Source: Geobacter sulfurreducens PCA
GTDB lineage: Bacteria; Desulfobacterota; Desulfuromonadia; Geobacterales; Geobacteraceae
Direction of reading: 5' to 3'
DNA: 32,000 nt
NCBI RefSeq assembly: GCF_000007985.2
Contig: NC_002939.5
Span: forward strand, 1,410,001 to 1,442,000
The notes below the pieces were generated by a model. That model was not told where the DNA came from. It worked only from the letters and a program-made list of their open reading frames with translations, and made no database searches. Positions 28,497 to 32,000 of the stretch are shown here, piece by piece (position 1 is the stretch's first letter; each line of letters starts with the position of its first letter). A program made the translations under genes and the position numbers.

Positions 28497-29504
28497 TCAT
28501 GGTGTTCCGGGCCCCTCCGGGGCTCCGATGGCGCCGCCTCAGGTGAAACCGGAACCGGCGGTGCAGGCATAACAGTAATCGTCAGTGGGGATCAGGGTTC
28601 CTTCCGGGGGGAGGCAGGCCATGTCGGCCACGTGACGCCGCTCTCCCCCGAGCCCCCGGCCGGCGGCCAGGTTGAAGTCGCAGTCGTAGAGATGTCCGTC
28701 CCAGGCCACGGAGACCAGAGCGCGGCACATGAGGCCGGGCACCGTGGCCGGATTGAAGTTTCCGGCCAGCCGCTGCAGATATCCCTCCAGGTTGCCCGAG
28801 TCCTCCAGCCAGCGGCGGAAGCGCCCCAAAGGGACGTTGGCAAAGGTGTAGAGGTGCGAGAAGACCACCCCGTACTTGCGTTCCAGGTCCCGGCGGAGCT
28901 TCTGTTCTGCCTCGCACTGGGAGGGGGGAAGGAACGCGCCGGTCGGATTGGCCACCAGGTCCAGTTCCAGGCCGCTCCCGTCGCGGCCGTAGCCGAGATC
29001 GTTCAGGAGTTTCAGGGCCGTGATGCTCCTCTCCATGATGCCGTGGCCGCGCTGGGCCTCGGCCTGGCCGACGTTGGCCGAGGGGAACGATGCAACAATG
29101 GCGGCGCCCGCAGACCTGAGCAGCTCGGGCAGGTGCGCCACGCCGGGGTTCAGGAACGCCGAGAGGTTCGTCCGGATGATAAGCCGGGGCGTCAGCGGCG
29201 CCAGCCCGGTCACCAGCCGCTCGATGCCGGGGACGAGCTCCGGAGCGCCGCCGGTGATGTCGATGGCCTGAAACCGGCATCGGGAGGCGTAGGCGATGAC
29301 CTCCTCCATGGTTTCCGGCGTCATGATCTCGGTCCGGGATGGTCCCGCCTCCAGGTGGCAATGGCGGCAGGCCAGGTCGCACAGGAACCCCACGTTTACC
29401 TGGAGGGTGGTGGTCCGATCCCGGCGAAGCTCCAGCCCGCACCGCTCCAGGGCGCGGGAGAACGCCTCGATGCAGGGGGAGGATTGCGCAAGGGATTCCG
29501 TCAT
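28497..29504 (-). CDS. arsS: ArsS-type radical SAM/Cys-rich protein, probable selenoprotein (TGA at 28539-28541 read as Sec)
   Basis: Radical [11 protein letters not shown] (CxxxCxxC). C-terminus [30 protein letters not shown], then TGA at 28497-28499. The first TGA falls where the family motif CxxCTAGxGxxCxG has Cys. Confidence 0.7.
28508..28527 (-). other. SECIS-like hairpin 11 nt downstream of the in-frame UGA
   Basis: mRNA CGG-A-GCCCC GGA GGGGC-CCG: an 8-bp GC stem with one bulged A and a G-rich apical loop that starts 20 nt after the UGA. Confidence 0.5.
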
Positions 29505-29515
29505 GGTCCGGTCGG

Positions 29516-29848
29516 CTACAGCGACAGCTTCTCGGCGATTTTACGCATCTGCACCCCGTGGACCAGGGCCGCGCCGCCCCTGATGGCGTTGGCCACGTGG
29601 ACCGCTTCGGTCATCTCGCCCAGATTCGATCCCTTCTCCAGGCAGGCCCGGGTATAGGCGTCGATGCAGTAGGGGCACTGGACCGCGTGGGCAACGGCCA
29701 GGGCGATGAGGGTCTTTTCCCGCTCGGTCAGCTCTCCCTCGGCGAACACTGCGCCGTAGTAATCAAAGAACTTCTTGGCCAAGTCCGGCGCATCCTTGCC
29801 GATGTCGCCGAACTTCGCCAGATCGTCGGGTACATAGTACGAGTCCAT
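29516..29848 (-). CDS. AhpD/carboxymuconolactone-decarboxylase-like protein (arsenosugar-associated peroxidase-like type)
   Basis: AAGGAGAA RBS, then the ATG at 29848 (MDSYYVPDDLAKF...). CPYC redox motif. 110 aa. The start overlaps the TVP38 stop by 1 nt (TGATG). Confidence 0.85.
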   Translation of the reverse strand: MDSYYVPDDLAKFGDIGKDAPDLAKKFFDYYGAVFAEGELTEREKTLIALAVAHAVQCPYCIDAYTRACLEKGSNLGEMTEAVHVANAIRGGAALVHGVQMRKIAEKLSL

Positions 29849-30528
29849 CAGGTTCTCCTTTGAGCGGTAATTTTCTTGTACAGAACCGGCACCAGCGAAA
29901 AGAGCCCCAGCAGGGCAAAGGAACCGATCACCCGCGGCGAGGCGATGTCCGCGGGGCTCGCGATGGCGGCCAGACTGGCGCCGGCATTGACGTAGACGAA
30001 ACCGCCCGGGATGATCCCCACGAAGGTCCCGAGCACGAAAGTGCGCAGGGGAAGCCGCGTCAGACCCGCCCCCAGGTTGATCAGGAAGAAGGGAAACAGG
30101 GGGACGAGCCGCAGAAAGAGCAGATAGTTGAGTCCGGCCTTTTCCAGTTCCCGGTTGATCCCCTCCAGCCTGGGGCCGAAGCGACGCTGGACCGCATCGT
30201 GAAAGAGGTAACGGGTAAGCAGGAAGGCCAGCGTCGCCCCGATGGTGGCGCCGGTCACCGCCCAGGCAGTCCCTGCCACGGCCCCGAACAGGGCGCCGGC
30301 GGCAAGGGAAAGGATCGTGGCCCCCGGCAGCGACAGGGCGGTCTGGATGATGTAGATCGCCAGGAAAACGGCAACCGTCAGGGTGCGGTGTTCCCCGTAA
30401 AAGGCCAGCAGTGCCCCATGATTGGCTTTGAGCGAGGCAAAGGTCAGCAGCCGTCCCAGGTCCAGGATGAAGAACAGGGCGACCAGTGCGACACAGAAGG
30501 AGATGACGATAATTCGTTGTGCGTTCAT
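29848..30528 (-). CDS. TVP38/TMEM64 (DedA-related) family membrane protein
   Basis: 226 aa and polytopic. Family-typical LSLPGATILSLAAGALFG and LRLVPLFPFFLINLGAGLT. Confidence 0.88.
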   Translation of the reverse strand: MNAQRIIVISFCVALVALFFILDLGRLLTFASLKANHGALLAFYGEHRTLTVAVFLAIYIIQTALSLPGATILSLAAGALFGAVAGTAWAVTGATIGATLAFLLTRYLFHDAVQRRFGPRLEGINRELEKAGLNYLLFLRLVPLFPFFLINLGAGLTRLPLRTFVLGTFVGIIPGGFVYVNAGASLAAIASPADIASPRVIGSFALLGLFSLVPVLYKKITAQRRT

Positions 30529-30616
30529 GAACGATGGTTATATACCAGGCCGGGAGCGGAGGCAATCGGCTATAGGAATATATTCATATTTTCCATGATT
30601 CGCACGTAGTTCATGG

Positions 30617-32000
30617 CTAGCGCCACAGCCGGCGCAGGGTCAGCATGATCCCCATCAGCCGCTTCACCCCGGGGGTGAGGCGGGTCCGGTTCCAGGCATC
30701 GGCCAGCTTCTTGATCGCTTCGGCCTGAGTGGGGTAGGGGTGGATGCTGCGGCCGATGGCGGAAAGGCCCAATCCGGCGGACATGGCCAGGGTCAGCTCG
30801 TTCAGCATCTCGCCGGCGTGGCGGGCCACGATGGTGGCGCCGACGATCCGGTCGGTGCCCCGCTTCAGGTGCACCCGGGCGAAACCCTCGTCTTCCCCGT
30901 CAAGCAGAGCCCGGTCGACCTCGGTCAGGGGGACGGTCAGGGTGTCCACGGCAAGACCGCGCTCCCCGGCCTCCCGTTCGTAGAGGCCCACGTGGGCAAC
31001 CTCCGGGTCGGTGTAGGTGCACCAGGGAATGATCTGGGTAGAGAACCGCTGCCGGGCGCCGAAGAGGGCGTTGGCGACGACGATGCGCGCCATGGCGTCT
31101 GCGGCGTGGGTGAATCGGTAGGGGGAGCAGATGTCGCCGGCGGCGTAGACTCGCGGATTGTCGGTCCGGAGCCGGTCGTTGACCCTGACCCCTCGGAGCG
31201 GATCGGCGACAATGCCCGCCCGCTCCAGTCCCAGCCCTTCGATGTTCGGCGTTCGCCCGGCCCCCACCAGGATCTCGTCAGCCGTCACCTCATGGGATTG
31301 ATCCCCCTGCCGGACGATGAGCGTCCGGGCTCCGCTCCGCCGTTCCACCCCGACGACAGCTGCCGCCGTCAGGAACGATACCCTGTCCCGCTCCAGGGCG
31401 TGCCGCACCAGGGCCGCGGCGTCGGTGTCCTCCCGCGGCAGGATCTCCGGGGCGGCCTCGATCACCGTCACGCTGCTGCCGAGCCGTGCCGCGGCCTGGG
31501 CCAGCTCGCAGCCGATGGGGCCGCCGCCGATGACGGCCAGTCGCGCCGGAAGCGTTGCGAGGGAAAAAATCGTCTCGTTGGTGAGGTACCCCGCTTCCGC
31601 CAGCCCCGGGACCGGAGGGGCTGCGGCCCGGGCACCGGTGCAGACGGCGGCATGAACGAAATTCAGGCGCCGTCCGTCCACCTCCAGGGCGTTCCGGCTG
31701 ATGAAGCTACCCTGGCCGAAGAAGACGTGGACCCCCAGGTCACGAAAGCGCACTGCCGCGTCGTGACGGCCGATTTCCGCCCGCAGGCGGCGCATCCGCT
31801 CCATGACGGCCGCACCGTCGACGCCGGTCCCGTGGCACCCCGTCACGCCGAAGGGGGCGCCGTTCCCGGCATCGTGAGCGGCCCGCGCGGCGCGGATGAG
31901 GGCCTTGGATGGGACGCAGCCGTAGTTGAGACAGTCGCCCCCCAGCCGGTGGCGCTCCACCAGCGCGACACGCGCACCGAGCCCTGCTGCGCCTGCCGCG
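30617..32000 (-). CDS. Mercuric-reductase/dihydrolipoamide-dehydrogenase-like disulfide oxidoreductase, 5' end off window
   Basis: The frame stays open to base 32000 (...AAGAAGLGARVALVERHRLGGDCLNYGCVPSK). Redox-active CxxxxC, a second Rossmann fold LAVIGGGPIGCE and a C-terminal dimerisation domain. Confidence 0.9.
   Translation of the reverse strand, partial: AAGAAGLGARVALVERHRLGGDCLNYGCVPSKALIRAARAAHDAGNGAPFGVTGCHGTGVDGAAVMERMRRLRAEIGRHDAAVRFRDLGVHVFFGQGSFISRNALEVDGRRLNFVHAAVCTGARAAAPPVPGLAEAGYLTNETIFSLATLPARLAVIGGGPIGCELAQAAARLGSSVTVIEAAPEILPREDTDAAALVRHALERDRVSFLTAAAVVGVERRSGARTLIVRQGDQSHEVTADEILVGAGRTPNIEGLGLERAGIVADPLRGVRVNDRLRTDNPRVYAAGDICSPYRFTHAADAMARIVVANALFGARQRFSTQIIPWCTYTDPEVAHVGLYEREAGERGLAVDTLTVPLTEVDRALLDGEDEGFARVHLKRGTDRIVGATIVARHAGEMLNELTLAMSAGLGLSAIGRSIHPYPTQAEAIKKLADAWNRTRLTPGVKRLMGIMLTLRRLWR

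Noticed and set aside
28481-28570. Upstream extension of the pgi ORF to 28570 (559 aa).
   Set aside because: It overlaps the C-terminal coding region of the radical SAM gene. GGAGGAG plus the ATG at 28480 gives the normal [11 protein letters not shown]-terminus.
29849-30565. Long 349-aa ORF (29516-30565) in the frame of the AhpD-like gene.
   Set aside because: Upstream of the ATG at 29848 it overlaps the TVP38 membrane protein gene out of frame and translates to Pro/Arg/Gly-rich sequence. Only the last 110 aa look like a real AhpD-like protein.

Overview
High-GC chromosomal segment with Geobacter/Desulfuromonadales-like gene content (taxonomy is inference only). Bases 1-20000 are a signal-transduction and chemotaxis island. 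It holds a 5'-truncated NarL-type response regulator and five MCP paralogs, two of them each followed by a near-identical cheW. It also holds a solute-binding protein coupled to a hybrid histidine kinase whose receiver domain is cut by an intact IS5-family element, and a second hybrid kinase with a CXXCH heme-c-type sensor domain. Bases 20000-32000 carry gdhA, a PHP-phosphoesterase/kinase-fold fusion, ferritin, a DUF1450 protein and an orphan membrane-anchored protein behind a very AT-rich palindrome-dense leader. A minus-strand operon follows: disulfide oxidoreductase, TVP38, AhpD-like protein, ArsS-type radical SAM, pgi, and an NDH-2-like flavoprotein. Main second-look items: (1) the ArsS-type ORF stops at a TGA that sits at a conserved Cys position and is followed by a SECIS-like hairpin, so it is probably a selenoprotein 14 codons longer than the ORF track shows. 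(2) A palindrome TCAGGRAWWTYCCTGA lies at a fixed 35-36 nt from a sigma-28-type CCGATA -10 box upstream of three MCP genes and the heme kinase. (3) A 1.48 kb MCP-3'-half plus cheW segmental duplication has a mosaic tract shared with a third MCP, a gene-conversion signature. (4) One MCP is a compositional chimera (34% versus 68% GC). (5) The IS insertion can be reconstructed to base resolution. No tRNA, rRNA or CRISPR array was seen. Most long antisense ORFs in the track are GC-rich shadow frames.
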